Shown piece after piece: positions 1 to 8,349 of a stretch of DNA of 29,244 nucleotides; position 1 is the first letter of the stretch; every line of letters starts with the position of its first letter. Source of the DNA: a virus. Lineage: Duplodnaviria > Caudoviricetes. The stretch spans positions 1-29,244 of the IMG/VR virus record IMGVR_UViG_3300044723_002141. One strand, given 5' to 3'. The position numbers and the translations under genes are program-made. The notes beneath the pieces were generated by a model, which made no database searches, had not been told where the DNA came from, and was given only the letters and a program-made list of their open reading frames with translations.

Positions 1-11
1 TTCTGTAAAAG

Positions 12-43
12 TGCGCTGCAAATCGTTGTGGCGCATTTTTTTT
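12..43 (+). terminator. Intrinsic terminator, probably of the capsid operon on the circular map
   Basis: Stem TGCGCTGCAA / TTGTGGCGCA (2 G-U pairs), loop ATCG, followed by T8. Confidence 0.8.
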
Positions 44-50
44 ATCTTTG
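43..50 (+). promoter_or_regulatory. Bacteroidota-type -7 promoter element (TAnnTTTG)
   Basis: TATCTTTG abutting the terminator T-run, 17 nt upstream of ATG 68. Confidence 0.65.
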
Positions 51-67
51 TTACAAATATATCACGT

Positions 68-265
68 ATGAAAATCAAAATGCTTAAAGATGTTTATTCG
101 GTCGATGGATGGCGAAAAGAAGGCGATATTTTAGATGTTGATTCTAAAGTAGCGCGTCATTATATCGCTAAAGGCATTGGCGTTGAATATAAAGAAGTTA
201 AAGCACCGAAAGAAACAAAAGAGAACAAAGCGGTAAAAAAACGAACCACTAAAAAAGCGAAATAA
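68..265 (+). CDS. Small basic head-associated protein (65 aa) of the kind found between capsid and connector genes
   Basis: ATG 68 preferred over GTG 11, which lies in the terminator; MKIKMLKDV...GDILDV...Lys-rich tail; stop overlaps next start (TAATG). Confidence 0.75.
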   Translation: MKIKMLKDVYSVDGWRKEGDILDVDSKVARHYIAKGIGVEYKEVKAPKETKENKAVKKRTTKKAK

Positions 266-780
266 TGCCAGAAATAAAAGTAACCGCCACAACTGGCTCT
301 GAAATTGTAACCGTATCGGCTGCAAAGGATTTTATTAGAATTGACACCAGCGATGACGATACGCTGATTGGAACAATGATAGAACAAGCGCGTTTATGGT
401 GCGAGAATTACATTTCAAGGGATATTGTAGCCAAGACCAGAGTTTATTATTTAGAGGAAGCGACAAAGCGTTTTGAAGTACCGTATGCGCCACTTGCAAG
501 TATTTCAAGTATTACCGCAGAAGGTGTAGCCGCTACTTACGATACTTTTGGCGTTTACGATGAGGTAATTTTACTTGATTCGTTACCCGCTAAAGATATT
601 AAGGTTACCTATACCACCGAAGGTATGGACGATGGTTTATTACAACAAGCTATATTACAGCTGGTTTCAACTTATTACGATAACCGCGCCGATTTTATTG
701 TTATGCAGGGGGTGTCTTTTGTTGAGGTTCCAACTAAAGTAACCCAGATATTAAACAGCTATAAATTGATGTTTATTTAA
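265..780 (+). CDS. Head-tail connector (HK97 gp6 / phiE125 gp8-like)
   Basis: VTVSAAKDFIRID..DDDTLI..MIEQAR..CENY and QAILQLVSTYYDNR motifs; synteny. Confidence 0.88.
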   Translation: MPEIKVTATTGSEIVTVSAAKDFIRIDTSDDDTLIGTMIEQARLWCENYISRDIVAKTRVYYLEEATKRFEVPYAPLASISSITAEGVAATYDTFGVYDEVILLDSLPAKDIKVTYTTEGMDDGLLQQAILQLVSTYYDNRADFIVMQGVSFVEVPTKVTQILNSYKLMFI

Positions 781-1109
781 TGGACGCAGGGAAACTAAAT
801 AAAAGAGTTTTAATAAAACGCCAAACAAAAACCTCTGATGGTTATGGCGGAACTACTTCTGTGCTTTCAACTCAAGCAACTGTATGGGCAAAGATTAATG
901 AAAAGCAAGGGAAAATAGAGGAAAAGAATTATAAACGTGGGCGTTATTTAGAAGCTGATTTTATAATGCGAAGCAAAACGGTAACTGAAAACATAACTGA
1001 TGATGACCTTTTGCAAATTCAAGGCGAATCTAAAAATTATCGCATTACAGAAATCTTTGAGCATCGTGATAAATATTACACAACCATTACAGGCGTTTTA
1101 ATCGATTAA
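780..1109 (+). CDS. Head closure / head-tail adaptor (SPP1 gp16-like)
   Basis: MDAGKLNKRV.I......DGYGG.......TVWA signature; follows connector. Confidence 0.88.
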   Translation: MDAGKLNKRVLIKRQTKTSDGYGGTTSVLSTQATVWAKINEKQGKIEEKNYKRGRYLEADFIMRSKTVTENITDDDLLQIQGESKNYRITEIFEHRDKYYTTITGVLID

Positions 1110-1113
1110 AAAA

Positions 1114-1506
1114 ATGAAAGAGGGTATTTACATAGACAAAAAAAGTAAAGCTGATTTAGAGCGTAAATTGCGCCTTATTTCAAGTATTGAGAATGATTTA
1201 GCACCGCAGCAATTAAAAGCGTTTGTAAATAATTCGGAAGGTGATATAGTAAAGGACGCGCCATTCGATACTGGAAACTTAAAACAACACGTAACAGGAG
1301 AAATGACTGGGAAATTAAAAGGGTTTGTTTCGTCTATTGCATTAGATAAAAACAATTTTGATTACGCTATGGTGCAAGAATTTGGCGCAGTATATAAAAC
1401 TTATAAAAGAGATGGAAAGCCATATTTTTATCCTAATATTAGAAAAAACCAAAAGGCGTTAATCAGCGGATTAAAAGCTGGAATTAAAAGAATATTAAAT
1501 AAATGA
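1114..1506 (+). CDS. HK97 gp10-like neck/tail-completion protein
   Basis: APFDTGNL, YAMVQEFG and KPYFYP motifs; synteny. Confidence 0.85.
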   Translation: MKEGIYIDKKSKADLERKLRLISSIENDLAPQQLKAFVNNSEGDIVKDAPFDTGNLKQHVTGEMTGKLKGFVSSIALDKNNFDYAMVQEFGAVYKTYKRDGKPYFYPNIRKNQKALISGLKAGIKRILNK

Positions 1507-1940
1507 GAGAAGCATTTCACCATATACGCAAGGCATATTTAGACCGCCTAACGAATGCAATTAGCATAGGTGGGTCTTACGTTCCTGTTTTTAACCGAGT
1601 GCCTACAAATACAAATACGCCTTTTATTAGAATATATAGTTATTTAGAAGATGAAATCGACCAAAACCAAAGTAGCTTTATAACCGAATGTATTACGAGG
1701 ATTGAATGTATTACTTCATTTTTTGGCGATGACGGGGGGGAGTATCAACTCAATCAAATCGTGGATGGCGTTTTAAATTTAATCAGAACCCGTTCAGGTG
1801 GTTATATAGATTTATCTTCTGACAACTTTAACGTTTATACAACAACGATAGATAGAATACGATACTTTGAGGATTATGAGCAAAACGAAACGTTTTTTAG
1901 AGCCGTAATCGAAGTATCTAACCGAGTAGAAAAAATATAA
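1503..1940 (+). CDS. Tail terminator / tail completion protein
   Basis: Size, VPVFNRVP....PFIRI motif, position after gp10-like gene, ATGA coupling. Confidence 0.7.
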   Translation: MREAFHHIRKAYLDRLTNAISIGGSYVPVFNRVPTNTNTPFIRIYSYLEDEIDQNQSSFITECITRIECITSFFGDDGGEYQLNQIVDGVLNLIRTRSGGYIDLSSDNFNVYTTTIDRIRYFEDYEQNETFFRAVIEVSNRVEKI

Positions 1941-1942
1941 AA

Positions 1943-2098
1943 ATGGATGATTTTAAAACTTACGGATTGGCAATTTTCAGCTTGTTTTTTAGCAGCATTG
2001 AGGCAATCAACCCCGAATTAAAAACTGTTGTCTTGTTGCTTACTATTATTTCACTTGGAGTGAAGATTTACAAAGATTTAAAAAGCATAAATAAATAA
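1943..2098 (+). CDS. Small membrane protein (51 aa, two hydrophobic segments), holin-like; not in ORF track
   Basis: Hand translation MDDFKTYGLAIFSLFFSSIEAINPELKTVVLLLTIISLGVKIYKDLKSINK; fills the gap between neighbours. Confidence 0.75.
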   Translation: MDDFKTYGLAIFSLFFSSIEAINPELKTVVLLLTIISLGVKIYKDLKSINK

Positions 2099-2107
2099 CC
2101 TACATTA

Positions 2108-2401
2108 ATGAGTAAAATTGATATTAACGGCGACGGCAAAGCTGACTTTTCAATCAGCATTACCCAGATTATTACCATAGCGGCGATGTTTGCCTCTATT
2201 ATTGGCTCATATTATACCTTAAGTAATAGAATTACTTTATTAGAGGATGAGGTCAGCAAATTAAATTATAACCAAAAAGAATACACCTGGAAAGCGCAAA
2301 GAACTTTAGAGGAACAGGTAAAAAATTTAGAAATTGAAACCCGTGCATTTATGAAAGATATTGAATACTTGCAACGTGAATCAGACAAAAAAAGACGATA
2401 A
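2108..2401 (+). CDS. Single-TM plus coiled-coil membrane protein of the lysis region
   Basis: DINGDGKAD N-terminus, hydrophobic IITIAAMFASIIGSYY, heptad-like charged C-terminus. Confidence 0.75.
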   Translation: MSKIDINGDGKADFSISITQIITIAAMFASIIGSYYTLSNRITLLEDEVSKLNYNQKEYTWKAQRTLEEQVKNLEIETRAFMKDIEYLQRESDKKRR

Positions 2402-2402
2402 T

Positions 2403-2528
2403 ATGAAATATTTAAACATTGTAAAAAATTGGGCAGTAAAAAAATGGAATGGCAACCCCTTTGACAAATTTGTTTTGTTGGCGGTTATTTTAATTGTATT
2501 TACTGGCTTGATAATTATATTTAATTAG
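2403..2528 (+). CDS. Small membrane peptide (41 aa, C-terminal TM); not in ORF track
   Basis: MKYLNIVKNWAVKKWNGNPFDKFVLLAVILIVFTGLIIIFN; 1-nt gaps to both neighbours. Confidence 0.7.
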   Translation: MKYLNIVKNWAVKKWNGNPFDKFVLLAVILIVFTGLIIIFN

Positions 2529-2529
2529 T

Positions 2530-2991
2530 ATGGCATATATAAGCAAACATATCAGCTGGGCAGAGGCAACGCATTCTAAAACAGCGGAAAAAAAGGAAAT
2601 CGCCAATGAGCCAGGACAACAAGAAATTGTTGCAATGAAAAAATTGGCAAAAGAAATATTTGAACCACTACGCGAATGGGCAAACGAACCAATTCGGGTC
2701 AATAGTTTTTACCGTTCGGCGGAACTTTGTGAAGCCATTGGGTCGAAACCAACAAGCCAACACACAAAAGGACAAGCCATTGATATTGATGCTATGGGTG
2801 AAAAAACCAACGCGGACTTGTTCAACTATATAAAAGACAACTTGAATTTTGACCAGCTTATTTGGGAATTTGGCGATGACGAAAATCCAGATTGGGTTCA
2901 CGTTTCTTATGTTGGTTTAAATGGCAACCGTAACCGCATTTTAAAAGCCGTTAAGAAAGGCAAAAAAACTAATTACGAATTATATGCTTAA
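2530..2991 (+). CDS. Endolysin, peptidase M15 family Zn-peptidase
   Basis: NSFYRS, SQHTKGQAIDID (SxHxxGxAxD) and WVHVSY zinc-ligand motifs. Confidence 0.92.
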   Translation: MAYISKHISWAEATHSKTAEKKEIANEPGQQEIVAMKKLAKEIFEPLREWANEPIRVNSFYRSAELCEAIGSKPTSQHTKGQAIDIDAMGEKTNADLFNYIKDNLNFDQLIWEFGDDENPDWVHVSYVGLNGNRNRILKAVKKGKKTNYELYA

Positions 2992-3364
2992 AATGTTATT
3001 GGGTCTTTTAACGGGCGGTAAAAAGGATAAAACGCCAGTCGGAAACTTGGCTTGGGAAATACGCGAAGCAATCAAGGGGAAAGAACTTGACCCAAATGAA
3101 CTTATAAGCATACAAACAAGAATTAATGAAATTGAAGCGAAGCACCGCACGGTGTTTGTTGCAGGTTGGCGACCATTTATCGGTTGGGTTTGTGGGTTTG
3201 CCCTTGCATATAATTTTGTCATCCGTGATTTATTTATTTGGGCGTTACAACCCGAAAGTGTACCGCCAGCGTTACAAATGGAACACCTAATGACAGTATT
3301 AATGGGAATGCTTGGACTTGGCGGTTTAAGAACCTATGAAAAACTAAAAGACAAGGCGAAGTAA
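2984..3364 (+). CDS. Holin (GTA-type 3TM holin family)
   Basis: FVAGWRPFIGWVCG and LMGMLGLGGLRTYEK signature; adjacent to endolysin. Confidence 0.88.
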   Translation: MLKMLLGLLTGGKKDKTPVGNLAWEIREAIKGKELDPNELISIQTRINEIEAKHRTVFVAGWRPFIGWVCGFALAYNFVIRDLFIWALQPESVPPALQMEHLMTVLMGMLGLGGLRTYEKLKDKAK

Positions 3365-3489
3365 TGGCAAAAGCACCCGTTAATACATACAGAAAAAAAA
3401 GCACAACAAAACGCCCAGGGGTGCATTCTAAAAATGCGTCAAAAGGCAAAAGAGGTTATAAGAAAAAATACAGAGGACAAGGTAAATAA
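3364..3489 (+). CDS. Highly basic 41-aa peptide ending KKKYRGQGK; not in ORF track
   Basis: MAKAPVNTYRKKSTTKRPGVHSKNASKGKRGYKKKYRGQGK; TAATG coupling with holin stop. Confidence 0.8.
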   Translation: MAKAPVNTYRKKSTTKRPGVHSKNASKGKRGYKKKYRGQGK

Positions 3490-3496
3490 TTAAACT

Positions 3497-3793
3497 ATGG
3501 CAACCAGGGATTTATATTCAGCAAATAATTTTCACCGTATGTCGTTCGGTGATTTCGGAATGCGTACACTAATTAAAGGCGAGGTAAATTTAACAACTCC
3601 AAGCGGCGAATATTTCTGTATGATTGAATGTATTGTTTCGGCAACATTTAGCGGTACGAATGACACCCCAGCTGGTGATACTACGCTAACGGATTACGAT
3701 TTATTAGACGGTCAAATTATATATGGCAACTTCACCGATATAACTCTAACAAAGGGGCATATTATTTGTTATTTGCGCCACGTACCACAATGA
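3497..3793 (+). CDS. Hypothetical protein, probably virion-associated
   Basis: 98-aa ORF, beta-rich, ends IYGNFTDITLTKGHIICY; upstream of tail fibre. Confidence 0.7.
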   Translation: MATRDLYSANNFHRMSFGDFGMRTLIKGEVNLTTPSGEYFCMIECIVSATFSGTNDTPAGDTTLTDYDLLDGQIIYGNFTDITLTKGHIICYLRHVPQ

Positions 3794-3924
3794 TTGGAGC
3801 GTTTAGAAATATTAAACAACAGGCGGGGCGTTACCGAAAATATATTCTGAAAAAATTAAAGAATGCGTTTTGGGATAAAAAGAGCATAAAATTTGAGGAC
3901 GCTGAACAAAATTGGGAAGATTAA
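3790..3924 (+). CDS. Small protein (44 aa) with W-x6-F-x6-W C-terminus; not in ORF track
   Basis: MIGAFRNIKQQAGRYRKYILKKLKNAFWDKKSIKFEDAEQNWED; ATGA overlap with upstream stop. Confidence 0.7.
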   Translation: MIGAFRNIKQQAGRYRKYILKKLKNAFWDKKSIKFEDAEQNWED

Positions 3925-3931
3925 AAATACT

Positions 3932-3939
3932 TAAATTTG
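3932..3939 (+). promoter_or_regulatory. -7 promoter element upstream of tail fibre
   Basis: TAAATTTG in a 29-nt intergenic gap. Confidence 0.55.
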
Positions 3940-3953
3940 TAAAAAATAGATAA

Positions 3954-6947
3954 ATGGGTACTTCATTAACGGGACAACAAATAAAAAATACATATAAGTC
4001 GCTTATCAAAACAAGCGATTCAACCGAAGCGTCCGCAACCGCCAAACTTTTATCGGATGGTAACGGCAATGACTTTGGCGTTTATATTGACACCGATGGG
4101 GTGTTTGGTATAGGTAGCGCACCAAGTTATTCTTTGGATGTTTCAAGCCGCACCGATGGCGTTGCCCTACCCGTTGGGACAACCGCAAACCGCCCGACCC
4201 CAACCAATGGTCTATTGCGTTATAATTCGACTATTGGAAAAATAGAATTTTACGATGGTGGTTGGAAAACGGTATTTACAACAAGCGGGGGGACTATTGA
4301 CGGAAGTTTAATCGTTACGGGTGATTTAACGATACAAGGTACAACGGTAACGCTAAACACCGAAACGGTACAGTTTGAGGACAATATTTTATTGTTGAAC
4401 CGCGCGAGTGCTGACACCCAATATGATGCCACAAACGCGGGGATTGAAATTGAAAAAACAAGCGCAAACAACCCAAGTTTTTTATATACTTATTCATCAA
4501 GCACTTGGGGACTTACCGACAGTTTAATAATTGAAGGAGGCCTTACAGTAGATACAAACACTTTATACGTTGATAGTGCTAATAATCGAGTGGGGATAGG
4601 GACTTTGAATCCTGCTAATGGAACACTACAAATTGACTCATCTGCTAATCAAATATCAATAGAAACAGGCACATCAGGGGATGGGCGTTTACATATAGGT
4701 CATTTTACAAATGGTACTTTTATTGGTACTTATGGAGATGATGGTGGGGTTGCTGATATCATAAGATTTGGCACACATAGTGGCGATGAGAGAATGCGTA
4801 TCCATAGCGGAGGCGATGTATCTTTTCGTGATACTTCTAACAACGAGGCTTTTTACTGGGATGCGAGTGCTGCAAGTTTGGGTATAGGTTCTGGAATTAC
4901 TACAAGCAAGTTAGCGGTTTCTGGGTCTATGCCAAGTGCAGGAACACCATTAATACAATTTAATGAAACATCAGGTGGTGCAAGGGATGGTATTTATTTA
5001 GATTATACAGGAACGACAAACAGTGCTGTTTATTCATTAAAAATAGCGGATGCAACAAAGACACATTTAGCTGTAAGGGGTGATGGCAACGTAGGAATAG
5101 GAGTTAGTCCTCTAACAGAATTGCACGTTAAAGGTTCTGCGGAAATATTAAGAATAGAAGATAGTTCTGATACTGGTAGTCCTTTTATGACTTTCTTCCA
5201 AAATGGCACAAGACGTTCTTTAATACAGCATATTGATAGCGGAGATACACTGTCTTTAGCTTCTGAATATGGAAATATTCGATTTATGACAGGTACGGAT
5301 GGAACTGAAGTCGAACGAATGCGTGTCCATAGCGGAGGCGACATAGCCTTTAGAGATACTTCTAACAACGAGGCTTTTTATTGGGATGCGAGTACTGCGA
5401 GGTTGGGTATTGGTACTGGTTCGAGTCCCGCAAGAACGCTTGAAGTAAATAGCGGAACTGCTTCTGATATTGCTAAAATTGGAAACAATAATGGTGCGTT
5501 TACTTTTGGTTATAGTACTTCTTTAGCAAGTATTGATTTAGCAGCAAGTAATGCTTTTAGAATAAGACAGGGTGCTGTTGTTCCTTTTTATATAAACACA
5601 GATGGTAACGTAGGAATAGGGACTGATAGTCCTGTTAGTGGTTATATACTACACGCGGCAGGTAGTATTTATGCTAACGATGCAATTCAAATAGGCTCTA
5701 ATGGTTCTGCCGCAACTCCTGCTTTAAGAATTAACGATGGTGATACAGGATTATTTAGACCTGAAGCTAATACATTGGCAATATCTACAGCAGGAACCGA
5801 ACGAGTGCGCATAACGAGTGGAGGTAAATTATTTGCTTTTAACACAACTATTGATATTGACAATCTTGTTACTACAAATGCAAATAGTAATAATTATATT
5901 GAAGCAGCTAATTTCAGTATTGGTTCAGGTAATAATGGATTACATTTTGGAGTAACTTCTACTATTAATGAAAGAAAAACTTGGATTCAATCTGGGCATA
6001 ACGACACAAATTACGCGCAATTTACAGGCTCAATATCTTTAAATCCTTTAGGAGGCAACGTAGGAATAGGTACTACGAATCCTTCAAGTGATATATCAGG
6101 AAGTGCTACAGTGTTAGAAATTCAAGATAGTAATATAGCTTCTCTTGCGCTTAATCACGGCACTACAGGAAAATTTGAAGTAGCTGCAAGTAGTTTAGGT
6201 TTATATTTTGGGCATAATGGTAATTCAAAAATGATAATTGACTCGAGTGGGAATGTTACAATAGGTTCTGGCACAACTACACCACAAAAACTTGAAGTTT
6301 ATGGTATAGATTCAACTGCTTATAATTCTGGTGACGATAACGCACAAAGAAGCAATGGTGCTACTATTGCAATAACCAACAATAATGGTACGGTAAATTC
6401 ATTCGCACAATTAATTTTTGATACTGCAGGTACAAATCAATCTATTGCTCGTATTGTTGCTATTCGCACAGGAACTTCTTCTAATGATATGGCTTTTGTT
6501 GTTGAAGGTGGAAATACCAAGCGTGAAGCAATGCGCATAACGAGTGGGGGGAGAATATTTTTTTATAATCTTTTAGGTAGTTCAGATACTCAAAGTGATG
6601 TTAGATATAATGCCACAACTAAAGAATTATTTTACAATACTTCATCTGAAAGGTACAAAACAAATATAACTGACCTTGAAAGTACATTAGGTAAAATCAA
6701 TAATTTGCGTACTGTAAGGTATCAAGACGTAGAATCGCAAAATTATAGTGTTGGTCTAATTGCAGAAGAAGTTGTGGAGGTTATTCCTGATGTTGTGTTT
6801 AATAAAGAAATTGAAGGATATGACACACCACAACCTGAAGGTATTAATTATAGTGATTTTGCGCCATTTTTAATCAAAGCAATTCAGGAGCAACAAGAGA
6901 TAATTAACGACCTTAAAGCAAGAATCGAAACTTTAGAAAACCAATAA
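3954..6947 (+). CDS. Tail fibre with C-terminal intramolecular chaperone (peptidase S74-like)
   Basis: Repeated GNVGIG / ERMRI modules, LPVGTTANRP...GLLRYN motif, C-terminal SSERYKTNI...GLIAEEV...LIKAIQE plus coiled coil. Confidence 0.92.
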   Translation: MGTSLTGQQIKNTYKSLIKTSDSTEASATAKLLSDGNGNDFGVYIDTDGVFGIGSAPSYSLDVSSRTDGVALPVGTTANRPTPTNGLLRYNSTIGKIEFYDGGWKTVFTTSGGTIDGSLIVTGDLTIQGTTVTLNTETVQFEDNILLLNRASADTQYDATNAGIEIEKTSANNPSFLYTYSSSTWGLTDSLIIEGGLTVDTNTLYVDSANNRVGIGTLNPANGTLQIDSSANQISIETGTSGDGRLHIGHFTNGTFIGTYGDDGGVADIIRFGTHSGDERMRIHSGGDVSFRDTSNNEAFYWDASAASLGIGSGITTSKLAVSGSMPSAGTPLIQFNETSGGARDGIYLDYTGTTNSAVYSLKIADATKTHLAVRGDGNVGIGVSPLTELHVKGSAEILRIEDSSDTGSPFMTFFQNGTRRSLIQHIDSGDTLSLASEYGNIRFMTGTDGTEVERMRVHSGGDIAFRDTSNNEAFYWDASTARLGIGTGSSPARTLEVNSGTASDIAKIGNNNGAFTFGYSTSLASIDLAASNAFRIRQGAVVPFYINTDGNVGIGTDSPVSGYILHAAGSIYANDAIQIGSNGSAATPALRINDGDTGLFRPEANTLAISTAGTERVRITSGGKLFAFNTTIDIDNLVTTNANSNNYIEAANFSIGSGNNGLHFGVTSTINERKTWIQSGHNDTNYAQFTGSISLNPLGGNVGIGTTNPSSDISGSATVLEIQDSNIASLALNHGTTGKFEVAASSLGLYFGHNGNSKMIIDSSGNVTIGSGTTTPQKLEVYGIDSTAYNSGDDNAQRSNGATIAITNNNGTVNSFAQLIFDTAGTNQSIARIVAIRTGTSSNDMAFVVEGGNTKREAMRITSGGRIFFYNLLGSSDTQSDVRYNATTKELFYNTSSERYKTNITDLESTLGKINNLRTVRYQDVESQNYSVGLIAEEVVEVIPDVVFNKEIEGYDTPQPEGINYSDFAPFLIKAIQEQQEIINDLKARIETLENQ
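4792..5414 (+). repeat. 98-nt direct repeat within tail fibre (4792-4889 and 5317-5414)
   Basis: Manual alignment: 86/98 identical, offset 525 nt (175 codons), encodes RMR.HSGGD..FRDTSNNEAFYWDAS.A.LGIG. Confidence 0.9.
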
Positions 6948-6957
6948 ATATATAATA

Positions 6958-7278
6958 ATGACTTACACTTGGAACAACAAAACGGTAGATACCTACCCTG
7001 ATTTAGATGGCAACGCTGATGTAATATTCAACGTACATTGGCGATTAACTGGTGAAGATGCTGACGGTAACGTAGGAAGCGTATATGGTACGCAATCTTT
7101 AGACACAAGCGATTTATCTTCTTTTACGGCGTTTGAAGAAATCACCGAAGAACAAATCAACGGATGGATTGAAACGGCAATGGGTGAGGAGAGAGTAGCT
7201 GAATTGAAAGCCAGTATTGACGCACAAATTGAAGAAAAGATTAATCCAACAGTAGTAACAAAGCAAATTGGCGCATAA
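6958..7278 (+). CDS. Phage protein downstream of tail fibre (possible fibre assembly/accessory protein)
   Basis: MTYTW...VIFNVHWR...FTAFEEITEEQINGW pattern; synteny. Confidence 0.7.
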   Translation: MTYTWNNKTVDTYPDLDGNADVIFNVHWRLTGEDADGNVGSVYGTQSLDTSDLSSFTAFEEITEEQINGWIETAMGEERVAELKASIDAQIEEKINPTVVTKQIGA

Positions 7279-7284
7279 TTTTTT

Positions 7285-7292
7285 TATATTTG
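7285..7292 (+). promoter_or_regulatory. -7 promoter element
   Basis: TATATTTG in intergenic gap before ATG 7316. Confidence 0.6.
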
Positions 7293-7315
7293 TCTAAATT
7301 TTAAAGCAAACAAAA

Positions 7316-7477
7316 ATGGAAATTAAAATTACACAAGAACAAGCAAATCAAATCACGGCGATTTTAAACGAACTACCAATTCGGGAACTTAATAAGGTGC
7401 AAGCCATTATTAAGATATTTAATGAGGGGATTCAGGATAATGATGCCGTTGAAGAAGCTGAAACCGACGAAAATTAA
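7316..7477 (+). CDS. Small acidic-tailed protein (53 aa); not in ORF track
   Basis: MEIKITQEQANQITAILNELPIRELNKVQAIIKIFNEGIQDNDAVEEAETDEN; A-rich start context. Confidence 0.75.
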   Translation: MEIKITQEQANQITAILNELPIRELNKVQAIIKIFNEGIQDNDAVEEAETDEN

Positions 7478-7482
7478 ATTCG

Positions 7483-7490
7483 TATATTTG
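7483..7490 (+). promoter_or_regulatory. -7 promoter element upstream of tail tube gene
   Basis: TATATTTG, intergenic. Confidence 0.6.
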
Positions 7491-7512
7491 TAAAAAATAA
7501 AATATTAAATAA

Positions 7513-7923
7513 ATGGCTACAACTGGCGTATTTAACGGAACTAACTTAATTCTTAAAATAGAAGATACTGCTTTAGGACACACTACAAGCTGTTCAATGA
7601 CTTTTAACGCTGACCTACCAGAAGCTACCACTAAAGATAGTGGCGGATTCCAAGAGGTTATTGCTGGGTTAAAATCTGGTGAGATTTCATTTGACGGTCT
7701 TGTTGCTTATGACGATACAGCTAACGCCATTGAACTTGCTGATTATTTAATCGCTGGGACGCAATTAACTTGTGTTTTCGGTACTGCTGCAAGTGGCGAT
7801 GACGTTTATACTGTTGAGGGTTTTCTTTCAAGCGTTGAAATGACTGCTGAAATGGAAGCACCTGTTTCTTATAGCGGAAGCATCACTACTACTGGCTCAA
7901 TTACCAAGAGTACTAACTCATAA
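7513..7923 (+). CDS. Major tail tube protein (TP901-1-like)
   Basis: GVFNGT.L, ATTKDSGG..E.IAGL.SG.ISFDG and YSGSITTTG motifs. Confidence 0.88.
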   Translation: MATTGVFNGTNLILKIEDTALGHTTSCSMTFNADLPEATTKDSGGFQEVIAGLKSGEISFDGLVAYDDTANAIELADYLIAGTQLTCVFGTAASGDDVYTVEGFLSSVEMTAEMEAPVSYSGSITTTGSITKSTNS

Positions 7924-7927
7924 TATA

Positions 7928-7949
7928 GGGGGGTATTAATTTACCCCCT
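7928..7949 (+). terminator. GC-rich hairpin after tail tube (weak terminator or mRNA-stabilising stem)
   Basis: GGGGGGTA-TTAATT-TACCCCCT; no clear U-tract. Confidence 0.45.
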
Positions 7950-7965
7950 CTAATATTTTCTATTT

Positions 7966-8349
7966 ATGGCAAACAAAAAAAGGGGTTATTACACCATTGA
8001 ATTAGGTGGTAAACAGCGCACGCTTCATTTTTCAATGAACTTCTGGGCGAACTTTACCGATATTCTAAACATTTCACTTGACAAATTAGGCGAAGTATTT
8101 AACGGCGGTATTTCTATTTCAGCGATACGCGCTTTGGTTTATTCTGCTATCTTGGCGTATGACCAAGAAGAAGGAAATGAAATCGACTACAACCAATTTA
8201 AAGTAGGTGCTTGGCTTGAGGATTTAAACGCCGAACAGCTTACTGATATTGTAAACGCAATGACCGAAAGCCGTATTTTAGGCAACGACCTAAATATGGG
8301 TATTGACCGAAATCCTAAAGATACGGGAAAGCCGAAGCCAACCGCCTAA
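7966..8349 (+). CDS. Tail assembly chaperone (gpG-like)
   Basis: Between tube and tape measure; in-phase G GGA AAG heptamer at 8325-8331. Confidence 0.85.
   Translation: MANKKRGYYTIELGGKQRTLHFSMNFWANFTDILNISLDKLGEVFNGGISISAIRALVYSAILAYDQEEGNEIDYNQFKVGAWLEDLNAEQLTDIVNAMTESRILGNDLNMGIDRNPKDTGKPKPTA

Noticed and set aside
1-265. Joining the ends directly puts the capsid in frame with ORF 11..265 (capsid fusion)
   Set aside because: One-in-three chance; the fusion would read through a terminator and promoter box; a short missing segment holding the capsid stop is more likely.
4792-5414. Fibre repeat as a DGR template/variable pair
   Set aside because: The 12 mismatches are not confined to adenines in either copy, both copies are internal and in frame, and no reverse transcriptase is present.
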